Of a stretch of 64,000 nt of DNA, positions 1 through 11,170 are shown in pieces (position 1 is the first letter of the stretch; the number at the start of each line of letters is the position of its first letter). The DNA comes from Octopus vulgaris. Its lineage: Eukaryota. The stretch covers positions 2,480,001-2,544,000 of the forward strand of contig OX597822.1 of NCBI GenBank assembly GCA_951406725.2. The letters are read 5' to 3'. Made by a program: the position numbers and the translations under genes. The notes below the pieces were generated by a model. The model was given only the letters and a program-made list of their open reading frames with translations. It was not told the DNA's origin and made no database searches.

Positions 1-100
1 AAATGTGGTCTCATTTCATATCTGGCCTTATATTAGTTATTTATTTACAAGAGAGAAAACCTAAGTTTTTCAACTGGTAATATAAAAACAAGATAAACCA

Positions 101-957
101 GTGAGCTAGCGGAGTCGTTCGCACGCCGGGTAAATAAAATACTTAACGGTATTTCACCCAGTTTTACGTTCTTTCTTCAAATTCCGCTGAGGTCGACTTT
201 GCCTTTCATACTTTCGAGGGCGTTGGGGGTTGTTGATGTAATCGTTTCCCCGAAATTGCTGGCCTCGTACTAAAATTTGAAACTTAATATGAAATAAATT
301 ATTTCTACTCTAGGCACAAGGCCCTGAAAATTTTAGGGGAAAGGAGCTTGTCGATTATATCGACCCTAGTGCGGAACTGGTACTTATTTCATCGACCCAC
401 GCAAGGATGAAAGGCAAAGTCGACCTCGGCGGAATTTGAACTCTGAACGTAGCGGCAGACGAAATATGGCTACGCATTTCGCCCGGCGCGCTAACGTTTC
501 TGCCAGTTCGCCGCCTTACCAGGCGAATTGGCAGAATCGTTCGCACGCTGGGCAAAAAAAAAATGCTGAGCGGGAATTTCCTCTAGCTTATTTTTTACAT
601 TGTAAGTTAAAAAAAATACCGCCAAGGTCGACTTCGCCTTTCATCCTTTCAGGGTTGAAAAATAAGTACTAATTGAACACTGATATCGATGTAATCGACC
701 TATCCCCTGAAATTGCTGGCCTTGTGCCAAAATTTGAAAGCAATATAATAAATAAAATAATTAATCAAAGCTGCGAGGCACACTAGACGAAATGCCTCGT
801 AACATTTCGTCCGCCTCTTTTGAGTTCAAATTCTTCCGAGGTCGACTTTGCCTTTCATCCTTTCGGGATCGATAAAATAAGTACGATGCCGCCAATGTAA
901 TCAACTAGCAGCCATCTGCCCCGAAATTACAGGGCTTTGAGCCAAACTTTGGAAGCA
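101..957. mobile_element. Cluster of four SINE family A copies (about 101-283 +, 303-517 -, 521-742 +, 775-957 +)
   Basis: Repeated motif GGCGAGCTGGCAGAAACGTTAGCACGCCGGG ... GAGTTCAAATTC (B-box-like) ... GAGGTCGACTTTGCCTTTCATCCTTTCGGGGTCGATAAA that recurs many times in the window. Confidence 0.8.
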
Positions 958-1261
958 ATACATAAAATAAAATGAAATAAATAAGGTCTTGCCAAGTCAG
1001 ATAGACAAAATGGATAAAACCAGGTCTGAAACTGATCGACATAAGCCGATTTTTATAAAATTTACCAAAGGCCCTCCCCTTCCATCTTTACCTCTAAAAT
1101 CAAGAGCGCGAACCTTACTAATTTACAAGCAAACACATTGGCTCCGCCCTAATCAATAATTTTGACCTGCATAAAAAGGGTAAAATAATTTTTCTTTTAC
1201 TCGACGTTTATTGTGTTTATTGTGAAAAACAACATTGTTACTTACATCCTGATCCAAAACG

Positions 1262-1321
1262 TAGCTGATGTCGCTTAAGTGCTAATCTAGATTAAAGCTT
1301 AGACTTTAGCGACATCAGCTA
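1262..1321. ncRNA. Candidate pre-miRNA-like hairpin
   Basis: TAGCTGATGTCGCTTAAGTGCTAA pairs with TTAGACTTTAGCGACATCAGCTA: stem of about 22 bp with one mismatch and one bulge, 13-nt loop, in otherwise unique sequence. Confidence 0.3.
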
Positions 1322-2059
1322 AAGGCTGCTCATTGTCCCTGTTCCTTCCTAATCTGTTAAGCACAATTATTATAAAAAAAAAGTGGGATGGATGATGGTA
1401 TTTTGAGTGAGCAGCAGCAGCAGTAGTGGTGTGGTAGTGGTGGTGGTGGTGGTGGTGGTGGTGGTGGTGGTGGTGGTGGTGGTGGTGGTGGTGGTGGTAG
1501 CGGTCGTCGTAGTGATTACTTTCTTGTAATCCCCCTTCTTCATAATAAAATTAGCATTGAAAGGGCGCTGGCACACAAAGCACACACACACACACATACA
1601 CAAACGCATACACAAACGCACACGGCCGCACATGAACACGCGCTCACACATGCTGGATTATACATACACACGCCAACACAGAAACACGCGCCCAAAACTC
1701 TCTCACACACATTTTCACACGTTCACACACACACACACATCTCAGGTTACTCACACACAAAAAAATCACCACTCAGCAGTGAAAGGGCGGTGGCGGCACA
1801 CAGTCAGGCAGACGCACACACACACACACACACTCACACGCTCTCACATACGTTCACACAGACACACACAAACACACAAACACACACATATGCTGATAAA
1901 CTCTATAGGCAACCATTTCTCTCTCTCTCTCACTCTACGTCTCTCTCTCGCCTGTTTTCCCTCTCTCACTTTATCAGTGTGTGTCTGTGTGTATGTATAT
2001 ATGTATATATACGCACACACACAAGCATATATATATATATATATACATACACACACACA

Positions 2060-2099
<40 letters not shown>

Positions 2100-2634
2100 T
2101 ATACATATATTTAGGTATGCGTGTATGTATGCATATATATGTGTGTGTGCATGTGTATGTGTATATACTTAGAGAGAAGGAGGAAAAGAGTTAAAAATGT
2201 GAGAGAGATCAAAGATAATGCAGAGAGAGGGGAAAAGAGAGAAGGTGAAAGTAGGGGAATTTTAAAAGGGATTAAGCGAAAGAAATAGAAAATGCGGTGT
2301 GTGTGCGTATGTGGATGTGTACGAAAGAAGGAGAGAGAGAGAGAGAGGGAGAGGGGGATAAATAGGTAAAGCGAGAGAAAGAGAGAGAGAGAGAGAGAGG
2401 GGGTGATTGAAAGCGACTGAGGGAATATGAAAGCTGAGTTATTTAAAACAAGTCCCAGAAATGGGAAGGGAATCGAAGGCGAAGAGCGACGCTGACATAT
2501 TTGTCTCTAAGCTAACCACCAGAAGAAATTCAGAAACACAAACGCAAATGAACTCACACACACACACAGACACATACACACACGTACATATACACTCAAA
2601 CACATGTACACAGATTCGCTCGCGCGTTCGGGCA

Positions 2635-2860
2635 CGTACAAATAGACAGACAGACAGACACACACACACACACATATATATGTATATATATATATACATG
2701 TATATATATACGTACAAATAGACAGACAGACAGACACACACACACACACATATATATGTATATATATATATACATGTATATATATACGTACAAATAGACA
2801 GACAGACAGACACACACGCACACACATATATATGTATATATATATATATATATTGTATAT
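2635..2860. repeat. Three tandem units of about 76 bp built from compound microsatellites
   Basis: CGTACAAATAGACAGACAGACAGACACAC...TATATA unit repeated three times. Confidence 0.75.
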
Positions 2861-2880
2861 ATATATATATATCTAACGTC

Positions 2881-3020
2881 AAAATTAATCAGCAGAAATT
2901 GCGAAGATGATCCGGTTTTTGACTGAAGATCGAAGGCTTCGAATGTCCCGTCCGTTTTTTTGTATCGTCTTCTAAATGTGTTACGTTCTTGTCCCAGTTT
3001 GTGTTTTTTTACATTTATCC
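2881..3020 (+). repeat. Unclassified interspersed repeat ending in (TA)n; longer copy at about 11220-11490
   Basis: ATTAATCAGC.GAAATTGCGA.GATGATCCGGTT.TTGACTGAAGAT...CCGTCCGTTTTTT is shared by both loci. Confidence 0.6.
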
Positions 3021-3059
3021 TATATATATATATATATATAATAAATTAATAAATAAAAC

Positions 3060-3432
3060 ATATGCATATATACATACATGTATGTACTACCTACCTCTAC
3101 ATGTATATATACATGTATATATGGGTACAGGACACCAAAAAAAACGTCGAACACAATGAGAAACGAAAACATAAACACAAAACCAAGAAAATAGACATTT
3201 TTCTTAAACAACGAAAAGATAGAGTACAGGACAAATAACACAAGGAAAATTCCCCTTCTTCAGTCGCCATGGTTTCATCTACTCTGCGTTTCGAAGGTGA
3301 AGGCGATACGCATCTTCGATAGAAACTCTCCTTCCCGCGAAAAGCAAATTAAATAAAATTTGAGATCTTTTTGCGGAGGGGTAAAAATAGTAACAAAAAC
3401 AGGACAGTAACGACAGTACGAAATATAAACAG

Positions 3433-3435
<3 letters not shown>
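3060..3435. repeat. Unclassified interspersed repeat flanked by (TA)n, possibly Penelope-related; second copy at about 55540-56010
   Basis: Shared ATATGGGTACAGGAC...ACAATGAGAAACGAAAACATAAA...TTTTTGCGGAGGG...TAACAAAAACAGGACA; the same terminus also occurs near 40853. Confidence 0.6.
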
Positions 3436-3482
<47 letters not shown>

Positions 3483-3603
3483 AGTGAATTGAAGAAATGG
3501 AGTTGAACGAAGATTGAAACAGAATTCCTTTTATTCTGCTGTGATTTTTGCTACCAAGGTATCGGTTAAACTTTTGATTAATCTGCAACAAGATTATTCA
3601 TCT

Positions 3604-3686
<83 letters not shown>

Positions 3687-3829
3687 AAGAGCTAGAGAGA
3701 GAGATAGTTATGGCGGGTTCATGGTGTTAGCCAGGGTTTAGCGTCCATAAAGGCGCCCAGCTTTACAAACGTTTCGTCAGGTCCCACTCTGCTGCTCTAT
3801 GACGTAGGAGTGTGCTTCTTTTCCAGATT

Positions 3830-4053
3830 TAGGATTTACTGAAATTCTGAAATTTTAGGGGTAAGTTGGCTAGTGGATTACATCAACCCCAGTGTTCCAC
3901 TAGTACTTATGTAATCGACCCCGAAAAGATCGATTAAATAAGCATGAAAGCAATGTCAATCATAGCGGAATTTGAACTGAGAATGTAAAGACGGATGATA
4001 TGCACCCTAGGGATTTTGTACGGTGTGCTAAAGACTCTGCCACTTTGCCGCCA
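3830..4053 (-). mobile_element. SINE family A, diverged copy
   Basis: Reverse-complement match to the family A head and core (CGGAATTTGAACT, ATCGACCCCGAAA). Confidence 0.6.
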
Positions 4054-4496
4054 TAACAATAATAAATCAATCATGGGGCCGGTTGTTTCGATTAGAATTC
4101 CACAAGGCAGTGCTCCAGCATGGCTGCAATCTGGTAGCTGAAAGAAGTAAGTGATAAAAGGAAGAAAGAAAATAATAAATGATAAATGTTAATATAACGC
4201 AAAGGAGTAGAGATTTTAAATCTAGGCGGATACCTCACCAGCACCATGAGATAATCCCGACTTGGCTAATCGCACTGAATTATAAGAAACATTTAAAGTA
4301 GTTTAGAAAAAGCAATTAAAGTGAACTCGCTTTGATTGGTAAAACCTAATTTCGCTTCAATGGATTTCATGTGGAATACAGACTATAATATCAAGACCTA
4401 TTGACGAAGAATTTGAGAATTATACATTTAAAAATATATATTTATCAAAAACCATTTTCCTCATATTACACACCGACACGTGTTTCTGCTGCATAA

Positions 4497-4584
4497 GTAG
4501 GAGTGTATTGCATATATATATTTACTGTGGCTTCGTGGTAATCCCAATTACATAGTTCCGGGTTCATTCCCACTGCTTGGGCAG

Positions 4585-4629
<45 letters not shown>

Positions 4630-4767
4630 AGTGTGTTTGTGTGTGTGTTTATTTGAGTATGTGTTTGTTCCCACCACCGGTTGACAACCGGTTTTGGTGT
4701 GTTTACGTCCCCGTAAATTAGAGGTTCGGCAATAGGAACTGAGAGAACATGTACCATACTTTATAAA
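4497..4767 (+). mobile_element. SINE family B, degraded copy
   Basis: GTTCCGGGTTCA..CCCACTGC..GGGCA and TTGACAACCGG..TGGTGTGTTTACGTCCCCGT match family B. Confidence 0.6.
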
Positions 4768-4772
4768 ATAAC

Positions 4773-4817
<45 letters not shown>

Positions 4818-4818
<1 letters not shown>

Positions 4819-5353
4819 CAGTGGCTCTCATGGCTTCTGATCTTAACTGATTGGAAGTGTTATCATGTACATTGTTTTGTCTTGGTATAAAAGATGGGCT
4901 ACAGCAAATATTCTGCTCAATACCACAGATTTGCTTGTCAGTTGTTTGACCGTAACCAGTTGAGCATGTCCCTTAGTGGCTGACGATATGTGCATCTCTG
5001 ATCACGAGCAGAAGTAGTGGGGGAGCATCATAGCCATGTGTTGAGAGGGATTCTTTGGGGTTTGAATAGTTCACCTCTGGAAACATGGGTGGTTCTTTCA
5101 ACATCCTTAAACAACCCTTATTCAGTGACCGTTTGAGCGGGATGGGCTACTCAACCTGAAGAAAATTCTAACTGGGCCCCACCTGCAAGGTCATGCGCTG
5201 TTTATCTTGATATGAGATCACCATGTCGCGCACATATGGTTGTGATGCATGTGCCTGGTGTACCTTTATCAGACGGGTAGTCATGATGGGTATATTGGGC
5301 TTCGTATATTTTACCCCAGTGTCACTTTGATGGCATGAACTGCTCTCTCACTC
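4818..5353 (+). mobile_element. Non-coding interspersed element inserted in an (AAT)n array
   Basis: Flanked on both sides by (AAT)n; an internally deleted second copy lies at 19571-19826 on the opposite strand, also next to (ATT)n. True orientation unknown. Confidence 0.7.
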
Positions 5354-5378
5354 AATAATAATAATAATAATAATAATG

Positions 5379-5448
<70 letters not shown>

Positions 5449-5453
5449 TAATA

Positions 5454-5865
5454 CTCTTTTACTTGTTTCAGTCATTTTGACTGCGGCCATGCTGGAGCAC
5501 CGCCTTTAGTCGAGCAAATCTACCCCGGGACTTATTCTTTGTAAGCCCAGTGCTTATTCTATCGGTCTCTTTTGCCGAACCGCTAAGTGACGGAGACGTA
5601 AACACACCAGCATCGGTTGTCAAGCAATGCTAGGGGGACAAACACAGACACACAAACACACACACACACACAGACATACATATATATATATATACATATA
5701 TACGACAGGCTTCTTTCAGTTTCCGTCTACCAAATCCACTCACAAGGCATTGGTCGGCCCGGGGCTATAGCAGAAGATACTTGCCCAAGATGCCACGCAG
5801 TGGGACTGAACCGGGAACCATGTGGTTGGTTAGCAAGCTACTTACCACACAGCCACTCCTGCGCC
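5454..5865 (-). mobile_element. SINE family B (tRNA-derived, CORE-like), full length
   Basis: Minus strand: GGCGCAGGAGTGGCTGTGTGGTAAG (A box), GGTTCAGTCCC (B-box-like), CORE-like GGCATCTTGGGCAAGT, internal TA/TG tract, tail GGCGGTGCTCCAGCATGGCCGCAGTCAAAATGACTGAAAC. Confidence 0.85.
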
Positions 5866-5931
<66 letters not shown>

Positions 5932-6112
5932 TAATAATAATAATAATAGATAAATGTTGAGGTCGAGAAACATTTTTCAAGGCGGTGCCCCGGATAATCG
6001 CAGTCGAATGGCTGTGTGATAAGTAGCTTGCTTCTGCTATAGCCTCGGGCCGACAAAAGCCTTGAGAGTGGATTTGGTAGACAGAAACTGAAAGAAGCCC
6101 ATTGAATATATG

Positions 6113-6145
<33 letters not shown>

Positions 6146-6216
6146 GGAGAGAGTGAGATAGATAGATAGAAGACAGTTAGATAGATAAATAGATAGATCG
6201 AAAATAAATATCATGA

Positions 6217-6290
<74 letters not shown>

Positions 6291-6339
6291 GATAGATAGA
6301 CAGAGATAAATAGATAGATCGAAAATAAATATCATGATA

Positions 6340-6475
<136 letters not shown>

Positions 6476-6757
6476 CAGACACGTAGGGACACGCATTCTC
6501 ATACTTACACACATGAGGCACACATTTTCTTATTACCTGATATCTACTCGGCCAGAGAGATTTCGATGCCAGAAGCAAGTTTTTCGTCACGTCTCTTAAC
6601 GTTCGATGTTCAATTACTGATATAGGAATCTTTTACTTCCTCTTTTCTGAAGCTATTAAAATAACATTTTATATCCAATAAAATTTAAACGTACAAAACC
6701 GATAAAATGCTTCCATCAGAGATGTGTCTTGAGGCTAAGTTAGAAATATTATTATTA

Positions 6758-6833
<76 letters not shown>

Positions 6834-7686
6834 GAGCAGTGGATCGTCGACATTGCAGATGTGCGACGAAAATGTCTCGTAGTGTTTAGTTATAATCCTT
6901 TACGCTTGGAGTTTAAATTCCGCACCAGCGTCGACTTCGAGCTTAAACCTCTCAGATTCGAGGGATTAAAGTACAAAGAATGTAATAAGGTCAAGTATTA
7001 AGTTGAAATAAAAGTACGAGTGAAGTATTAGGGAAAAGTACTCTGGTGGAATAAAGTATCATTCATGTACTAGGGTAAAGTATTATGATGAAAAGAAGCT
7101 TGCGTTTTATTTGGAGGAATGTACTAGGGTGAATGACGGCAACAAATACACTAGACTAAAAAATAAAGAAATCAAATACTAGTTATGTACTTGTGTCAGA
7201 TACTGGAATGAAATATGTATGTATGTTGTTTTACTTGCTTCAGTCTTTGAACTGCAGCCATACAGGGACGTCTCCTAGAAGGGCTCAGTTGAATAAATCG
7301 ACTCCAGAATTTTTTTTTAAAACCTGGCACTTATTATGTTGGTTTTCTTTTGCCCAACCGCTATATTACGAGCACGCATATAAAACTACCCAACGGTCAT
7401 CAGAGACGAAGATATATATAAAATATACACACATTCGTACATACACGGATGCACACATACGTACATAAACAAACACACACACACGCGCACACACTAACAC
7501 ACACATGCACATAACACACACACATGTTTATATATAGGCTTGAAACGTCAAAAACTTTTCCATTTTTCCCAAGCGTCAAACGAATACACTAGCTTCTTGT
7601 TTATTCACATGTCTGTCTTTTGTGTTCAGTACACTCGAAGCATATATATATTATAATGGAATAATTTCTATGAAGCATTGTGTAGA

Positions 7687-7928
7687 ATATATTGTATAAA
7701 AGATCGTAGGTAAGGCCAAAACAATGCGACGTAATCACAAGAAAACCAATATGTGAATTAATGTGCGATGTGCACATCGACAACATTCGTCAATTTCTTG
7801 AAAATGGGGTCGTAACCCCGAAATATTGAATACAAGATAAGTCTACATTAATTCACATATTGGTTTTCTTGTAATTTACCATTCATTTACTTCGCATTGT
7901 TTTGGCCTTACCCACAATCTTTTATACA

Positions 7929-7934
<6 letters not shown>
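7687..7934. mobile_element. Fold-back (inverted repeat) Penelope-like terminal fragment
   Basis: Arm 7687-7764 is the reverse complement of 7845-7934; the spacer holds a hammerhead-like motif; the unit runs into (TA)n. Confidence 0.6.
7795..7830 (+). ncRNA. Type I hammerhead ribozyme-like motif, U3-A8 core variant
   Basis: TTC-TTGAAAA-T-GGGGT-CGTA-ACCCC-GAAA-TA-TT-GAA: stem I TTC/GAA, 5-bp stem II, palindromic AATATT stem III. Confidence 0.5.
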
Positions 7935-7987
<53 letters not shown>

Positions 7988-8072
7988 TTTAAATTCTCAA
8001 ACGCAATATAATGATTATAATATAGCCTGAACAAGATAAGCTACCCCTATTTTACAGAAAGAAGTGTTGGCA

Positions 8073-8144
8073 GCCGGCTATGAGACACGAACTCAAACCT
8101 CCGTGATTACGCGTCGCGGTGCTCTGAACCATTAAACTAAACCA
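8073..8144 (-). pseudogene. tRNA-derived head (Thr-CGT-like) of a repeat; not a functional tRNA
   Basis: Minus strand TGGTTTAGTTTAATGGTTCAGAGCACCGCGACGCGTAATCACGGAGGTTTGAGTTCGTGTCTCATAGCCGGC: degenerate A and B boxes and an anticodon-like stem-loop. Confidence 0.45.
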
Positions 8145-9449
8145 CCCACACCACAAATTCTTCCGCAAATTTAAGATATATAGAAATCTCGCTTTATGAG
8201 ACGCTATCATACGTTAAATTCAATTCACACACACACACTCATATATATATACATACATACGACGTGCTTCTTTCAGTTTCCACCTATAAAATCCAGTCAC
8301 AAAGTGTCACGTAATAGGAGTGGATCCGAAGCACCCTGATCGGAAAGCAAGTTTGCAAGTTTCCCAACCTGACTGCCACGCATGCGCATTCATATATTTA
8401 TATCAGTGTGTCACAAACTCTTTTCCTTCTGTAACAATCTCTGAAAGAACTAAACAGACATGGAATTCTATAATCTCTCAGTATTAAAAAGGAGTAAATT
8501 TTATTTTATTGCAAAATAGCTCGGCTGGCCAAATCTTCGTGAGTGGATTTTGGAGAAGAAAACTGTTCATGGCGGTGACCCAGCACGGCCGCAGTTTTAT
8601 GACTGATAAAGTAAAAGATAAATGATAAAACATAAAGCTCTTTCTAAACAGTATTAATGCTCTGGGTTTTTTTTTTGTTTCTTTTCTACATGGTGTATAT
8701 TTTTTAACGACAGAATATTAATGAAACTGTTAAGGAATGTATCATCATTTTAAATGGACATGGTTGTAAAAAAAATTTATAATAAAAAGGAATGGTTAAC
8801 CGAAATATTAGATTTTCATAGAAAAAGGGAGAATTGCCATTTGCCTGAAATTAAGAAATTATTATTTCGTTGAGAAGAAATCAAGATTTATCAATAGCAC
8901 GCATTTGAAATAATGGATGGTGATGATTCTAGCGATGAGGAGGAGGATAATAATGGTACACTTTACTTTATTACCCACCAAGACCAGAAAAGATGCGGAA
9001 AAATGCAACGATTCGTTAAATATGCGACTTACTATATGCAGGGTCGGATTGAGATGTTATGAAAAGACCTGAAGGGGAATGAAAAAGTTGTAAGTTATGA
9101 ATTTAAAATTTTATAAAACGCTGAAGTTTTCATGGAAATGAATTTTGAAAATATATGATAAAATATACAATATTTGATAAAAGATATTTTTATAAGAAAA
9201 TTAAACTTCTGCCTGCGTTAATTTTCCCCTAGAGGCTTTTGTATCTTGGTGGACAAGTAATTGCGCATGTTTTCAGTGTCGTGGAAAGGGTATATACGTG
9301 AAATCTAACCAAAGTCTATAATAGTGTTCTTTAATCTTTCTGCTGTTTTGAAAAGACCTGAAGGATTATGAAAACGTTGTAGGTTATGAAATTATATGAA
9401 TTAAAAATTTAATAAAACACAGATGTTTTCATGGAAATGAATTTTAGGA

Positions 9450-9835
9450 ACATTATTTACATTCGCCGGATACTTGTCCTCATCTTGTTTGTTGTCAACA
9501 CAACGTTTCGGTTGATATACTCACAAGCCCTCTTCAGGTGTCTTAGAGAAATATCGAACCTAGGTTCTCATTCCTAAGGTATTTTTCGATGTTATTATTA
9601 TTATTATTATTATTATTGTTGTTGTTGTTCAGGTCACTGCTTGGAATCGAACTCGGAATCTTGGGGTTAGTAGCCCGCGCTCATAACCACTACGCCATAT
9701 GCCCACAGGCATATGGCGTAGTGATTAAAACGTTGTGTTAACAACAAACAAGATGAGGACAAACAACCGCCGAATGTAAATAATGTAAATAAAGTAAATA
9801 ATGTACATAATTCCTCATCTCTTAAATATAGAACT
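9450..9835 (-). mobile_element. Non-autonomous fold-back element with tRNA-like head, (AAT)n linker and hammerhead
   Basis: Minus-strand head with TGGCGTAGTGG (A box) and GTTCGATTC (B box) at about 9630-9703; central palindrome 9684-9727; 9450-9508 is repeated in inverted form at 9728-9786. Confidence 0.75.
9498..9541 (-). ncRNA. Type I hammerhead ribozyme motif
   Basis: Minus strand ACAC-CTGAAGA-GGGCT...AACC-GAAA-CG-TT-GTGT: stem I ACAC/GTGT, intact core, palindromic AACGTT, stem II partly decayed. Confidence 0.7.
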
Positions 9836-9989
9836 CAACTTTTAAAAAGATATAAAATATACAATATTTGTTAAAAGATATTTATAAATGAAAATTTCAC
9901 TTCTGCCAACGTTAATTAGAACGTAACACCGGAAGAAATACCGCCAAACATTTTTGTCTGACATTCTAGCGATATTATGATGGGTAGAA

Positions 9990-10410
9990 AGGCGAAGGGC
10001 TGGCAGAAACATCAGCACGACGGGCGAAATACTTACGGTATTTCATCTGTCGTTACGTTCTGAGTTCAAATTCAGCCAAGGTTGACTACCTTTCATCCTT
10101 TCAGAATCGATAAATTAAGGACGAGTTGCGTACTGGGATCGATCTAATCGATTGGCCCCCTCCTCACCCAACATTCCAGGCCTTGTGCTTAGAGCAAAAA
10201 AAAAAAAAACCTTAGTATTGGTAAAATGGTTAGCACGCCGGGCAAAATACTTAGAGACATTTTGTTCATTTTTACGCTCTGAGTTCAAATTCCGCCGAGG
10301 TCAGTTTTGCCTTCCATCCTTCCAGGATGGTACCAGTTAAGTGCTGGGGTTGATCGAATCAACTAGTCCATTTCACCAAAAGGTCAGGCTTTGTAACTTT
10401 AATACAAGGA
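9990..10410 (+). mobile_element. Two SINE family A copies
   Basis: GGCTGGCAGAAAC...GAGTTCAAATTC...TTTCATCCTTT and GTTAGCACGCCGGGCAAAA...GAGTTCAAATTCCGCCGAGGTC. Confidence 0.75.
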
Positions 10411-10524
10411 ATATATATTATTATTACAATAATAATATTAATAATATGTGTATATTTATAAAGGTGTTTGAGCATACATACATACACACATACACACACG
10501 CATACACACACACACATATAATGT

Positions 10525-10930
10525 CAGGAGTGGATGTGTGGTAAGTAGCTTGTTTACCAACCACATTATTCCGGGTTCAGTCCCACTGCGTAGCACCTTG
10601 GGCAAGTCTCTTCTAATATAGTCTCGAGCCGACCAAAGCCTTGTGAGTGGATTTGGTAGATGGAAACTGGAAGAAGCCTGTCGTATATATATGTATGTAT
10701 GTATGTATGTATGAATGTATGTATGAATGAATGTATGTGTGTATATGTTTGTGTGTCTGTGTTTTTCCCCACCACCATCGCTTGACGCCCGGTGTTGGTG
10801 TGTTTACGTCCGATAGAATAAGTACTTGGCTAACAAAGAATAAGTCCTGGTGTGGTCGATTTGTTCGACTAAAGGCGGTGCCCCAGCATGGCCACAGTCA
10901 AATGACTGACATAAGTAAGAGAATAAAAGA
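10525..10930 (+). mobile_element. SINE family B, near full length
   Basis: CAGGAGTGGATGTGTGGTAAGTAGC head through the GGCGGTGCCCCAGCATGGCCACAGTCAAATGACTG tail. Confidence 0.85.
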
Positions 10931-11111
10931 ACGCATGCTCAATTATAAGAGCATTCCCGAGATATATGCATCTCTCTCTCTATAGCCTTTCGGCTTCTGA
11001 CCAACGCCGCGACAGCATCGACCTTTTCGTCTGCCGTAAGGCATTATTTTTCAAATACGCCAGCCAGGTTGAACTGTCTAAAGTCGAAAGACGCCTGTTG
11101 TTTTTGTCCTG

Positions 11112-11170
<59 letters not shown>

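Larger units (their letters stand above)
9061..9917. repeat. Local tandem duplication of about 165 bp whose second copy is split by an insertion
   Basis: 9061-9223 matches 9351-9446 joined to 9841-9917. Confidence 0.7.

Noticed and set aside
1370-2882. His/Thr-rich, poly-Thr and YI-repeat ORFs (and similar ORFs throughout the window)
   Set aside because: Produced by (GGT)n, (CA)n and (TA)n microsatellites.
3764-3782. Minus-strand CTGACGAAACGTT, resembling fused hammerhead halves
   Set aside because: No stem II; too short to distinguish from chance.
7535-7650. GGCTTGAAACGTCA, the 3' half of a hammerhead after a TA tract
   Set aside because: The CUGANGA half is absent; at most a truncated remnant.
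9630-9703. Possible tRNA gene (also 8073-8144 and 13481-13550)
   Set aside because: A and B boxes are present but the acceptor and anticodon stems are broken, and each is embedded in a repeat; treated as tRNA-derived heads.
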